DNA of 64,000 bases from an uncultured Flavobacteriales bacterium (GCA_964021785.1 CAXIAX010000004.1:1460-65459), one strand, 5' to 3'; shown: positions 29,875-40,120, counted from the stretch's first letter. Numbers and translations are program-made. The notes: generated by a model from the letters alone, not told the origin.

Positions 29875-31290
29875 TTATTTCCATCCTCCACCTAATGCTT
29901 CGTATAAATCTACTACAGATACTAATTGCTGTAGTCTAGTATTTATGCTATTGATTTCTGCATTTAAGGCACTTTGTCTTGCCGTCAATAAATCCAAATA
30001 ATTAGCATATCCACTTTTCAATAACTCTTCAGAGTTAAGCTCTGCAGTTCTCAATGCTTGCACTTCGTTTTCTCTAAACTCAATTTTTTTCGTTTCAGAT
30101 TGATAAGAGTACAAAGCGTTAGAAACTTCATTTCCTGCGATAAGCAAAGTGTTTTTAAACTCCAATAAAGCTTGCTCTTGATTTGCCAAAGCCACTTCCT
30201 TTTCTGTTTTCAGTTTTCTTTGGTTCAATAAAGGCTGTGTTAATCCTCCCACAACTGTAGCAAACAATGAATTTACATTTAGTAATTTGTCTAGCTCCAA
30301 ACTCTGAAAACCTCCCGAAGCAGTTAGCTTTAAAGAAGGATAAAAATTGGTTCTAGCAATGTTCGTTTGTTCAAAAGTTTGAATCAACTTATACTCTGCT
30401 GCCAATACATCTGGACGGTTACTCAATAAGGAAGCTGGAACACCTTGCTTAATCTCTTGTTCTATTTTTTGATCCGCCAAACTACTTCTTCCAAACTCTT
30501 GAGCTGGCTTTCCTAGTAAAATACTTAAGGTATTCTCTGTTTTGAAAATAGCTGTTTCAATATCTACTTGCAAAGCTCTTGCACTGTTGTATTGAGCTAT
30601 ATTTTGGTCTACGGCAACTTGCGTTACTTGCCCTGCATCTTTCAGAGCTTTTATAGTTTCTACACTGCTTTCTCTTGTTGCAATAGTTTTCTTGGTTACA
30701 TCTAGCTGTGCATCCAATGCAAGTAAGTTGTAATAAGTATTGGCAATGCTAGAAATTAATCTAGTTTTCACTGCTTGATGTCCTGCATAACTTTGCAAAT
30801 AGGCAGCTTGTGTAGCTCTTTTCTGACTACGAATTTTTCCCCATACATCAATTTCCCAAGATACATTTGCTGTGATGTCAAAACTGTTTAGTCCTCCACT
30901 AAAGATAGACCCAAACTGACTGTTTTTGGAAAACTCCTGACGAGTTGCGTTCACTCCCACATTGGCAGTTGGCAAGTAACCTGCTCTCCCTTGTTTTGCA
31001 TAAGCTTCGGCAGCCATCAATTGTTGAATAGCGATACGCACATCCATGTTGTTTTGCAATCCTTCTTCTATGTAGTTTTGCAATGTTGTATCGGTAAATA
31101 GTGTTCTCCAAGATAAATCTGCAAGGGAAGCACTATCGGTAGGTAAATTATCTGTACGGTAAAGCGACTCGGTTACGGGCATTTCTGGCCTTTCGTAGTC
31201 TTTGGCTACAAAGCAACTTTGTAGGGTTGCAGCTAATACGAGTATAAAAATCGCTTTACTGATATATCTCTGTGTGATCATTGATTTCAT
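29875..31290 (-). CDS. RND efflux outer-membrane factor lipoprotein (NodT/TolC family)
   Basis: 471 aa. Lipobox LQSC, two OEP repeats, C-terminal LYEALGGGW. Confidence 0.9.
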   Translation of the reverse strand: MKSMITQRYISKAIFILVLAATLQSCFVAKDYERPEMPVTESLYRTDNLPTDSASLADLSWRTLFTDTTLQNYIEEGLQNNMDVRIAIQQLMAAEAYAKQGRAGYLPTANVGVNATRQEFSKNSQFGSIFSGGLNSFDITANVSWEIDVWGKIRSQKRATQAAYLQSYAGHQAVKTRLISSIANTYYNLLALDAQLDVTKKTIATRESSVETIKALKDAGQVTQVAVDQNIAQYNSARALQVDIETAIFKTENTLSILLGKPAQEFGRSSLADQKIEQEIKQGVPASLLSNRPDVLAAEYKLIQTFEQTNIARTNFYPSLKLTASGGFQSLELDKLLNVNSLFATVVGGLTQPLLNQRKLKTEKEVALANQEQALLEFKNTLLIAGNEVSNALYSYQSETKKIEFRENEVQALRTAELNSEELLKSGYANYLDLLTARQSALNAEINSINTRLQQLVSVVDLYEALGGGWK

Positions 31291-31292
31291 TG

Positions 31293-34200
31293 TTATTTCT
31301 CTTCAATAGTTTGTACAGCTGGTTTACTAGATACTTTCTCTTGTAACCACTGAAATAATATAAATAAGATAGGAATTACAAAAACTCCTAAAATAGTACC
31401 GATAAGCAAACCTCCTACAGCACCAGTACCAATTGATTTATTTCCTTCCGAACCAACTCCTGCTGCTAATACCAAAGGCATTAATCCAAGAATAAAAGCA
31501 AATGAAGTCATCAAAATTGGTCGTAAACGTGTTTTTGCACCATTAATAGCTGCTTCTACAATTGTATCTCCTGCTTTTCGCTTTTGTAATGCAACCTCTA
31601 CAATCAAAATGGCATTTTTTGCCAACAAACCAATAAGCATTATTAATGAAATTTGGAAATATATATTATTTTCTAATCCCAAACTATACGTACTAATATA
31701 GGCTCCAAATACCCCAAAAGGCAAGGATAGTATTACTGCAAAAGGCAATAAATAACTTTCGTATTGGGCACTCAACAAGAAAAACACAAATAAGATACTT
31801 AAGACAAAAATGAAAGTAGTTTGATTCCCTGCACTCACTTCTTCTCTTGTTAGTCCAGAGTAAGCCACTGTATAGTTACTCGGTAATTTTGCCATCTCTT
31901 CTTCTATTACAGCAATTGCATCTCCCGTACTAAATCCATCATTGGTAGCTCCTGTTATTTTTGTTGAGTTATACAGGTTAAATCGTGTTACCGATTGCGG
32001 TCCGTACACTCTTTTGAAACTGACAAACTGAGTAATAGGAGTCATTTCTCCTGTTCCTGTTTTTACATACATGCTATTCAAATCGTTTAGCCCTGCTCTA
32101 TCATCTGGTAAAGCTTGGATATAAACTCTAAACTGCTTTCCAAATCGAGAAAAATCTGATGCATATACTCCTCCAATGTATCCTTGCAAGGTTGAGAAGA
32201 TACTATTTACTGGTACTCCTTTTTCTTTTGCCAATGGTACATTTACTTCCATCTCATATTGCGGATAATTTGTACTAAATGAGGATTGAGCATATTTAAT
32301 TTCGGGATGCTTAGATAAGGCTGCAGAAAATTCTTTGTTTGCAACATCCAAATCTTTAAACTCTCCTCCAAACTTATCCAATAAGTTTACTTCAAACCCT
32401 GACGAGTTTCCAAACCCACGAATACTTGGTGGAGAAAAGAAAATGATTTTTGCTTCATTGATAGAAGATACTATTCCAAATAATTTTTTGGTAATGGCAT
32501 TGGCAGATAGTGACGGAGCTGTTCTTTCGCTCCAGTCTTCTAATTTTATAATTCCAAATCCATAATTACTTCCAGAACCGTTCAATAAACTTCTTCCTCT
32601 AATTAAGTTAACTCCAACAATACCATCCACTTCTGATATTTTATCGTACAAATCTTTGGCTACAGCACTTGTTCTATCCAAAGAAGCTCCTGCTGGCAAT
32701 TCTATATTTGCAAAGATTATCCCTCTATCTTCATTGGGTACAAATCCTGAAGGTGTTACATTAGCCGCCCAAAATATTCCTGCCACTGCCAAAATAATTA
32801 ACAAAGGAGAAATCCATTTTATTCGGTATAAAAAATGAAGCGATTTACCATATCTATGAATGGTTGCATTAAACCCTCTATTGAATAACGTATAAAAACG
32901 TTTTAATGGTCCTTTTCCTTTTAACTCCTCATCCTCTTTGTGTGTTTTTAATAATAAAGCACATAAGGCTGGACTCAGTGTAAGTGCATTAACTGCCGAG
33001 ATAAGAATAGCAATAATTAAGGTAACCCCAAATTGCTCATAAAAAACTCCTGTTGGCCCTGTTACAAATGTTACGGGTACAAATACAGCTGCCATTACCA
33101 AAGTAATAGAAATAATAGCCCCAGAAATTTCATTCATTGCTACCAGTGTAGCCACTTTTGGATTTTTTTCTCCTTCATCCATTTTGGCATGAACTGCCTC
33201 TACTACCACAATGGCATCATCTACTACAATTCCTATCGCCAATACTAAAGCAAATAAGGTTAATAAATTTATCGAATACCCAAAAACTCCTAAAAAGAAG
33301 AATGTACCAATAATAGATACCGGTACTGCAATTGCAGGAATTAAAGTAGATCTAAAATCTTGTAAAAAGATAAATACTACTAAAAACACCAAAATAAATG
33401 CCTCTATCAAGGTATGGATTACTTTTTCAATGGAAGCATTCAAAAACAAACTGGTATCGTAAGGAACAAAAAAGCTTAACCCTTCTGGTAAATCCTTTTC
33501 TACAGTAGCCAAAGTTGACTTTATGTTTTCAATAATTACTTTGGCATTAGATCCTTTGGTCTGAAAAATTCCCATAAAAACTGCTGGATTTCCCAAACTC
33601 ATTGCATTGGATGCATAAGATTGTGCATCTAGCTCTATGGTTGCAATGTCATTTAAACGAAGATATTCTCCATTTCCTAAAGCTTTTATCACAATATCTG
33701 CATATTGTTGTTCTTTCTTAAAACGACCACTGTAGGTTAAAGTATAAGAAAATGCTTCTCCATTGTTTTCTCCTAAAGCTCCTGCTGCTGCTTCTAGATT
33801 TTGCTCTTTTAAGGCAGCTGTTACATCCGAAGGAATTAAATTATAGGCAGCTAATTTTTCGGGTTTCAACCAAATACGCATGGCATAATCTTGCTGAGAG
33901 AATACACTCACGTCTCCCACACCACTAATTCTTTGCATAGCTGGAATTACATTTATTTTCAAGTAATTTTGAATAAATGTAGCGTCATACTGTTCGTTTT
34001 CCGAATACATGGCAGCAAACATCAAAGCACTTGTCTCTTGCTTTTTTGTAGTCACCCCTGTTTGAATTACCTCTGCTGGCAACAAAGGATTTGCTGCAGC
34101 TACACGATTTTGAACATTTACGGCTGCAATATTTGCATCCATTTCTTGGTCAAAATAAACTGTAATATCTGCTGTCCCATTATTGGATGCAGTAGAAGTA

Positions 34201-34433
34201 ATATAAGTCATTCCCTCTACCCCATTAATTTGCTCTTCAATAGGAATAATTACACTTTCCAATACTGTTTCGGCATTGGCTCCAGGATAATTAGCAACTA
34301 CCTTAATGGTAGGAGGTGCAATATCTGGATACTCTTCTATTGGTAGACTAGTAATGCTTATCGCACCCAGTACTACTATGATAATAGAAATCACGGTAGA
34401 TAATACCGGTCTTTCAATAAATGTTTTTAACAT
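31293..34433 (-). CDS. RND multidrug efflux transporter permease (AcrB/HAE1 family)
   Basis: 1046 aa. MLKTFIERPVLSTVISI N-terminus, 12-TM architecture, GIVVDDAIVVVE motif. Confidence 0.95.
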   Translation of the reverse strand: MLKTFIERPVLSTVISIIIVVLGAISITSLPIEEYPDIAPPTIKVVANYPGANAETVLESVIIPIEEQINGVEGMTYITSTASNNGTADITVYFDQEMDANIAAVNVQNRVAAANPLLPAEVIQTGVTTKKQETSALMFAAMYSENEQYDATFIQNYLKINVIPAMQRISGVGDVSVFSQQDYAMRIWLKPEKLAAYNLIPSDVTAALKEQNLEAAAGALGENNGEAFSYTLTYSGRFKKEQQYADIVIKALGNGEYLRLNDIATIELDAQSYASNAMSLGNPAVFMGIFQTKGSNAKVIIENIKSTLATVEKDLPEGLSFFVPYDTSLFLNASIEKVIHTLIEAFILVFLVVFIFLQDFRSTLIPAIAVPVSIIGTFFFLGVFGYSINLLTLFALVLAIGIVVDDAIVVVEAVHAKMDEGEKNPKVATLVAMNEISGAIISITLVMAAVFVPVTFVTGPTGVFYEQFGVTLIIAILISAVNALTLSPALCALLLKTHKEDEELKGKGPLKRFYTLFNRGFNATIHRYGKSLHFLYRIKWISPLLIILAVAGIFWAANVTPSGFVPNEDRGIIFANIELPAGASLDRTSAVAKDLYDKISEVDGIVGVNLIRGRSLLNGSGSNYGFGIIKLEDWSERTAPSLSANAITKKLFGIVSSINEAKIIFFSPPSIRGFGNSSGFEVNLLDKFGGEFKDLDVANKEFSAALSKHPEIKYAQSSFSTNYPQYEMEVNVPLAKEKGVPVNSIFSTLQGYIGGVYASDFSRFGKQFRVYIQALPDDRAGLNDLNSMYVKTGTGEMTPITQFVSFKRVYGPQSVTRFNLYNSTKITGATNDGFSTGDAIAVIEEEMAKLPSNYTVAYSGLTREEVSAGNQTTFIFVLSILFVFFLLSAQYESYLLPFAVILSLPFGVFGAYISTYSLGLENNIYFQISLIMLIGLLAKNAILIVEVALQKRKAGDTIVEAAINGAKTRLRPILMTSFAFILGLMPLVLAAGVGSEGNKSIGTGAVGGLLIGTILGVFVIPILFILFQWLQEKVSSKPAVQTIEEK

Positions 34434-34454
34434 AACTTTATAATTTTGTGTTAT

Positions 34455-35582
34455 TTAGTTTTTAAATAAAGTCTCTATTGGTTTTATCACTTCATCAAAA
34501 GGAGTAACCTTAGGCGTAATTACCATATCGTTTTTTAGTTTCCCTACACCAGAAACTACAATTCTTTCGTTATCTGTCAATCCAGATTCTATCACATAAA
34601 GATTTCTTACTCTAGCTTTCACCTTCACCATAGTATTTGCAACTTTGTTCTCTGCATCTACCTTAAACAACATAATATTACCTTGCTGTTCATAGGTCGC
34701 TTCTTGAGGAATTACGATTGCATTTTCATACACAATAGGAATTTGAATTTTTCCACTGTTTCCATTGGTCAATAATTGGTTTGGGTTATCAAATACAGCT
34801 CTTAAACTTACAGTACCTGTTTGTTGGTTTATTTGTCCTGAACTTGTTTGTATTTTCCCTTTTTCTGAATAAGTACTTCCATTTGCAAGGATTAAATTCA
34901 CTGAAGAAAAATTAGCTAACTTTTCTTCTAAGTTTTTCCCCTTTGCGTTTTGAAGAAAATCTAAATATTGAGTTTCATTTAAACTAAAGAAAGCATACAC
35001 TTTGCTAATGTCACTTACTGTAGTAAGCGGACTAGGATCGCTAGGACTTACCAAAGAACCTTCTCTGTATTTTATTGTTCCCACATATCCATCTACAGGA
35101 CTTCTTACGGTAGCATAACCAATACTAGCTGCAATACTGCTGTAATTGGCTTTGGCTTGTGCCAAGTTGGCTTTAGCCGTTTCTAATTGCACTGGACTTA
35201 TTATGTTTTTCTCTACAAGCGGTATCAATTTATCTATTTCTACTTGAGCTACGTTTATACGAGCTTGAGCAGCACCAGCATCTTGGCTCAATGACTGAGT
35301 TTCTAACCTAAACAAAACTTGTCCTTTTCTCACCTTTTGCCCTTCGTCTACCAATACTTTTTGAATATAACCAGCTGTTTTTGCTCTTACATCACTGTTT
35401 ACAATTCCCTCCAAACTTGTTGGGTATTCATCAAAACCTATTACTGTTTTCTTTTGAATTTGAGAAACTGAAAAAGTTGGAGTTTGAGCTGCTCCCTTTG
35501 GTTTCTCTTGTTCAGTGCCACAGCTCTGAAATACTAAAGCTACACCTAGTGCAAGTGTTGTAATTATTTTATTTTGTCTCAT
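34455..35582 (-). CDS. RND efflux periplasmic adaptor (membrane fusion protein)
   Basis: 375 aa. Lipobox QSC, biotinyl-lipoyl-like hairpin (GQ.V.KGQVLF.LE), and position within the operon. Confidence 0.9.
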   Translation of the reverse strand: MRQNKIITTLALGVALVFQSCGTEQEKPKGAAQTPTFSVSQIQKKTVIGFDEYPTSLEGIVNSDVRAKTAGYIQKVLVDEGQKVRKGQVLFRLETQSLSQDAGAAQARINVAQVEIDKLIPLVEKNIISPVQLETAKANLAQAKANYSSIAASIGYATVRSPVDGYVGTIKYREGSLVSPSDPSPLTTVSDISKVYAFFSLNETQYLDFLQNAKGKNLEEKLANFSSVNLILANGSTYSEKGKIQTSSGQINQQTGTVSLRAVFDNPNQLLTNGNSGKIQIPIVYENAIVIPQEATYEQQGNIMLFKVDAENKVANTMVKVKARVRNLYVIESGLTDNERIVVSGVGKLKNDMVITPKVTPFDEVIKPIETLFKN

Positions 35583-35595
35583 TGTTTTTCTTGGT

Positions 35596-36099
35596 TTATA
35601 TTTCGAATTGTTTGTCTGTTAGTTTTGCTCTTAGTTCTTCTATTGAAGCAGTTGCTCCGTCTAGAAATTTTATGTAATCGTTATGAAAGTTTAAATCGAA
35701 TTTTTCTTTTTCTTCTCCAATAAACTTGCTGTTCGCTACCTCTTTGTAATCTTTAATTTCTTTGTGCAAGCTTCTTACTTCACTCCACTCTTCCATTATA
35801 GCATCAATGTGGTGTACTATCATATCTTTGTCTATAACAAAGTATTTTTTTCTATCTCCTGTTTTTGTGAAATACTCAATTTTTTTTAAATCTTGTAAAT
35901 GATTAAGATGTGTAGAAATAGTACTCTTACTAGCACAAAGTATATTTACCATATCTTCGAATGTGCTTCCTTTTTTTCCTGTAAGAATTACATAAGATAA
36001 GATACGTGCAGCTACTGGCGCCAGCTTCTCTCTTTTTTCCAAATGCACTCCTAGTCTTTCGACCAAGCCCATTTTTTCTTTGCAATTATTGTCTTCCAT
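35596..36099 (-). CDS. GbsR/MarR-type winged-helix transcriptional regulator, first gene of the RND operon
   Basis: 167 aa. wHTH region: FEDMVNILCASKSTISTHLNHLQDLKKIEYF. 13 nt upstream of the adaptor gene. Confidence 0.7.
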   Translation of the reverse strand: MEDNNCKEKMGLVERLGVHLEKREKLAPVAARILSYVILTGKKGSTFEDMVNILCASKSTISTHLNHLQDLKKIEYFTKTGDRKKYFVIDKDMIVHHIDAIMEEWSEVRSLHKEIKDYKEVANSKFIGEEKEKFDLNFHNDYIKFLDGATASIEELRAKLTDKQFEI

Positions 36100-36477
36100 A
36101 ATTTGTGGTTTTTACTTTGTTTTTGATGTCAATTTTTCTCATTTTTCACCTAAACAGAAACAAAGGTATAACTTTAGTTCGGAACAAACCGAACCAACCG
36201 AAGTTAAATTCTGTTAAATTTTAATTAACGGAATTTAACAGCCTAGAAATAGTAGAATTTAACCCTTCACTTCTTTAAGAAAACTACATGGTAATTGGAA
36301 AGAAAAAGTTCTATAATTAAAATGTAAATAATTAATTTAGTGCTAAATAAACCTATATCTCTACAGTACAGTCAAAACTCTATTTAAACAAAAATAAAAC
36401 GAAATTTACCGAAGGATTAGAAATAAAATAAAGTCTAAAGAATAGTAACACATACTATTCTTTTAAACTAAAAAATT

Positions 36478-37806
36478 ATGAAAAGAAACTTATTGGTGCT
36501 TATGCTAATGCTAAATTCTTTGCAATTCTTCGCTCACGAAGGTGGACATGGCAATGAATTAAAAAAATGGAATTTAAACAATGAAAAAACTACCATAAAA
36601 GCTGATTTTATTAAATATGAAAATAATAAAGTTTGGCTTATGGATAAAAATCATTCTGTAAAAAAGTACGACCTATCTAGCTTCAGTGCTATTGATCAAA
36701 AATTCATTCATTCAAAAACTGAATTCATTCAAACGATAAACAGTAAAGCGATACAAAAAGAGAATTCTAACCCTTCTTTTTATTTACAAATAGGCTTACT
36801 CCTATTTGGTGGATCGTTATTTATTTTATCTGTATACCAATTATCCAAAAGAAAAAAGGCAATGCATTTATCTTATGGATTCATTGGCGCAAGTATGATC
36901 TTAATTATTTCTTGCAAGAATGCGGAAATCGCAAAATATACCCAGCCTTCTACTCCTGCAAACAATGTAAGTTTGATGCAATCTTTCTTCGGAAAATTTG
37001 AAGGTGTGAACACTGAGTCGGATGAAGAGTTCTTATACATTTCTACAAATGGGCTACCTGCACACGAAATGATGGTAGGAATAACAAATTGGCAACAACA
37101 AGTTCCTATTAAGCAAAACTACACAGGTGAAAATAGCTGGGCAATACCAATAAAACCAAAATTTGCCGAGAACCCACTTTCTACCAAAACTAATCTATTG
37201 AAAGGTGCAATTGCTGTAGCTGTAAACGGAATTCCAATTTTTAATCCATTAAACAACAGAGGAGAAGATGCAAACGTTATTGGAGAATTGGACAAATGGG
37301 GAGGGCATTGTGGCCGTGCAGATGACTATCACTATCATTTACCTCCCTTGCACCTACAGGAGCAAGTGGGCCAAGGAAATCCTGTTGCTTATGCAGTAGA
37401 TGGTTTTCCTGTATACGGAGAAACTACCGATTCGCTAGATCAATATTTAGGAATTACAAACCCTGATGGGTCCTACCAATATCATACAATTAAAGATTAT
37501 CCCTATTTTATTGCAGGAATGAGAGGGGAAGTTAATCTTGATCCAAAAACAGAAGCTCCAGAAAATCAAGTTTATCCACAACCTAGAACACAAGAACTGA
37601 GACCTGCGCTAAGACCATTGAGAGGTGCAGAAATTATTGATTTTAAAATATTGGATAGTAATTCCTATTCTTTAACTTATCTTTTAGATTCTAAAAAATA
37701 CAGTATTAATTACGGTTGGGATAGCGACAACAAATACACTTACCAATTCATAAACCCAGATGGGACAACTAGTGTAGAATCTTACACTCCTAGAAAACAA
37801 AAATAA
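36478..37806 (+). CDS. YHYH-domain protein with a composite N-terminus
   Basis: 442 aa. Literal ADDYHYHLPP motif with GGHCG just upstream. The N-terminal 128 aa is a separate signal peptide + HEGGHG + SHD1-like module + TM helix. An internal lipoprotein signal begins at M129. Confidence 0.7.
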   Translation: MKRNLLVLMLMLNSLQFFAHEGGHGNELKKWNLNNEKTTIKADFIKYENNKVWLMDKNHSVKKYDLSSFSAIDQKFIHSKTEFIQTINSKAIQKENSNPSFYLQIGLLLFGGSLFILSVYQLSKRKKAMHLSYGFIGASMILIISCKNAEIAKYTQPSTPANNVSLMQSFFGKFEGVNTESDEEFLYISTNGLPAHEMMVGITNWQQQVPIKQNYTGENSWAIPIKPKFAENPLSTKTNLLKGAIAVAVNGIPIFNPLNNRGEDANVIGELDKWGGHCGRADDYHYHLPPLHLQEQVGQGNPVAYAVDGFPVYGETTDSLDQYLGITNPDGSYQYHTIKDYPYFIAGMRGEVNLDPKTEAPENQVYPQPRTQELRPALRPLRGAEIIDFKILDSNSYSLTYLLDSKKYSINYGWDSDNKYTYQFINPDGTTSVESYTPRKQK

Positions 37807-37808
37807 AT

Positions 37809-38393
37809 ATGAAATTCTTACTCCCGCTTTTGGCTGTTTTTATTGTTTCTTGCAACAATAGCATCACCACAACAGTAAATCATGATGATTTCAAAACCAT
37901 TAATTCTGACTTTATAATTTCTAGTAGCGCCATAGAAAATGGGGTTATATTAAATGATTATAAATGTGAAGAAAAAATAAACGACATTGAAAATTCTATT
38001 CCTCTTGCTTGGAAAAATGTACCAGAAGGAACAAAATCACTCGCGATTGTAATGTATCATTATCCAAAAAAAGACAATAAAACTGAAATAAATTCTTACT
38101 TATTACTGTGGGATATAGACCCAACTATTACAGAAATTCCATATAAAATGGCAAGCAATGGAGATTGGCACATGGGAGCAAATAAAGATAAAACTGCTGT
38201 TTCTTATACTTCTCCTTGTTCGCACGGAAAAAGCAAACACGAATATATAATTGCGCTTTACGCATTAGACGAAACACCTATTGATTTACCAAAAAACAAT
38301 TCTATAGAAGTAGATTACAATGTATTTATGAATTCATTAGCTACTGTAAATATTATTGACAGAACAACATTGAGATTTTTTGACTCTAACTAA
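37809..38393 (+). CDS. YbhB/YbcL (PEBP / Raf-kinase-inhibitor-like) family lipoprotein
   Basis: 194 aa. Lipobox IVSC. KSLAIVMYH...LLLWDI and HEYIIALYALD resemble the PEBP signatures. Confidence 0.65.
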   Translation: MKFLLPLLAVFIVSCNNSITTTVNHDDFKTINSDFIISSSAIENGVILNDYKCEEKINDIENSIPLAWKNVPEGTKSLAIVMYHYPKKDNKTEINSYLLLWDIDPTITEIPYKMASNGDWHMGANKDKTAVSYTSPCSHGKSKHEYIIALYALDETPIDLPKNNSIEVDYNVFMNSLATVNIIDRTTLRFFDSN

Positions 38394-38419
38394 ATAGCAA
38401 CACTAAATTAACGAATAAC

Positions 38420-39427
38420 ATGAATAAAATAAACAACACCATACCTCTAGTTTCCATTTTAGTAATTGTACTGATGGCTTGTAATAACGGAAAGCAAGCG
38501 ACACAAACTAATTGGGATAACTACAAAGGAACTGCAAGTGTATCGCAAGGTTCTGCCACTGTAATAATAGAGAACATATTTGAATGTGACCGAGGAAGAA
38601 AAGCTCCAATTGGTACTTCCATAGCTCACGATAGCAGCAGTTGGACTGTTCCCGCATTGGTGAACTTTAACGACAATAGTTTTCCTTTTGCTTCGGATTT
38701 ATTTAACCCTTGTTCTCACGTAGAATACAACAATGCTTCTGAAGCAATACAAGCATTGGACGGATCGGATATTGTAGAAATAGATAAAGATGGCGAATTA
38801 ATTACTGCTTTTATATTTGCCGATAATTATTTCGAAATGTATATAAATGGTATCCCTGTTGGGAAAGACAATGTTCCTTTTACTCAATTTAACTCTAACG
38901 TTATCCGTTTTAAAGTAAAAAAACCTTTTACAATAGCAATGAAACTTGTAGACTGGGAAGAAAATAGTGGATTAGGATCTGAAAGCAACAGAGGAAAAGA
39001 ATTTCATGCTGGTGATGGCGGAATGGTAGCAGTGTTTAAAGATACGAGCAATGCAATAATTGCAACTACAAACTCCAATTGGAAAGCTCAAACATTTTAT
39101 ACTTCTCCGTTAAAAACTCTTTCTTGTGCTAAAGAAGAGGGAACCGTAAGATTATCACAAGACTGTAATACCGAAGATTCTGATGATGGAAGCTCATATT
39201 ACGCATTACACTGGAAAACCCCAACAGATTGGCAAACTCAATCATTTGACGATAGCAATTGGCCAAACGCCAGTGAATATTCCAATGAAACTATTGGGGT
39301 AGATAATAAACCTGCTTACACCAATTTTGTAGATGTATTTGACAACAACCTAAATGATGCACAGTTTATTTGGTCTACCAATGTAATTCTAGACAATGAA
39401 GTAATTGTAAGATACACTGTGAAATAA
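38420..39427 (+). CDS. Hypothetical lipoprotein, possibly a jelly-roll / carbohydrate-binding-like fold
   Basis: 335 aa. Lipobox LMAC. ADNYFEMYINGIPVG and FDDSNWPNA segments resemble galactose-binding-domain-like modules, but this is weak. Confidence 0.45.
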   Translation: MNKINNTIPLVSILVIVLMACNNGKQATQTNWDNYKGTASVSQGSATVIIENIFECDRGRKAPIGTSIAHDSSSWTVPALVNFNDNSFPFASDLFNPCSHVEYNNASEAIQALDGSDIVEIDKDGELITAFIFADNYFEMYINGIPVGKDNVPFTQFNSNVIRFKVKKPFTIAMKLVDWEENSGLGSESNRGKEFHAGDGGMVAVFKDTSNAIIATTNSNWKAQTFYTSPLKTLSCAKEEGTVRLSQDCNTEDSDDGSSYYALHWKTPTDWQTQSFDDSNWPNASEYSNETIGVDNKPAYTNFVDVFDNNLNDAQFIWSTNVILDNEVIVRYTVK

Positions 39428-39494
39428 TTTATAGAAAAAGTTTTTTCACTTTAAACTAACCTGCAAATCTTTAATTTTTTATTACTTTGTTCTT

Positions 39495-39510
39495 CATACC
39501 AATTAGTATC
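39495..39510. promoter_or_regulatory. Candidate TetR operator (imperfect copy)
   Basis: cataccaattagtatc matches 13/16 positions of the palindrome at 40121-40136. It ends 5 nt before the TetR ATG. Confidence 0.4.
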
Positions 39511-39514
39511 TTTT

Positions 39515-40105
39515 ATGACTACTGCAAAAACTAATAGGCAAATCATTCTTGAAAATGCCTTTGAACTTATTTATAAAAAAGGATATCAAACTACTAGTAT
39601 TGATGAAATAATAGCTACAACCAAAGTTACAAAAGGGTCTTTTTATTACCATTTTAAAACAAAGGATAAAATGGGGATTGCCATGGTAAATGAAATAATA
39701 AAGCCTATTATTCAAGATACATTTGTTATTCCTCTATCAAATACCAAAAAGCCGCTAGAACAAATCTATCTAATGACAAAATCATTGCTTTTAGAAAATC
39801 CGTTTTTGAAACTAGAATATGGTTGCCCTGCAGGAAACCTAACACAGGAAATGACTCCATGGAATATTGAGTTTTCAAAAGCATTAAATGAAATAATTTT
39901 GGAATGGCAAACAGCCTTGGAAAATTGCCTCTCCAAAGCAAAAGATGATAAAATTATTCGTCAAAATGTAAATCCCAAACATGTTGCTCTATTTATTACT
40001 TCAGGATATTGGGGAATCAGAAATTTTGGTAAAATTTACAACAATAACGATTCTTATTACTCTTATTTAGAAGAACTTAAAATATATTTAGGAAATTTAA
40101 GGTGA
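39515..40105 (+). CDS. TetR/AcrR-family transcriptional regulator
   Basis: 196 aa. HTH region: GYQTTSIDEIIATTKVTKGSFYYHF. Confidence 0.88.
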   Translation: MTTAKTNRQIILENAFELIYKKGYQTTSIDEIIATTKVTKGSFYYHFKTKDKMGIAMVNEIIKPIIQDTFVIPLSNTKKPLEQIYLMTKSLLLENPFLKLEYGCPAGNLTQEMTPWNIEFSKALNEIILEWQTALENCLSKAKDDKIIRQNVNPKHVALFITSGYWGIRNFGKIYNNNDSYYSYLEELKIYLGNLR

Positions 40106-40120
40106 TTTTTTTTAATTGCA

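Noticed and set aside
33891-34346. 151-aa plus-strand ORF, and other plus-strand ORFs at 32335-33462, inside the RND pump gene
   Set aside because: They are antisense to a 1046-aa AcrB-family gene with unmistakable motifs. The Cys/His/Tyr-rich translations are typical of shadow frames in AT-rich DNA.
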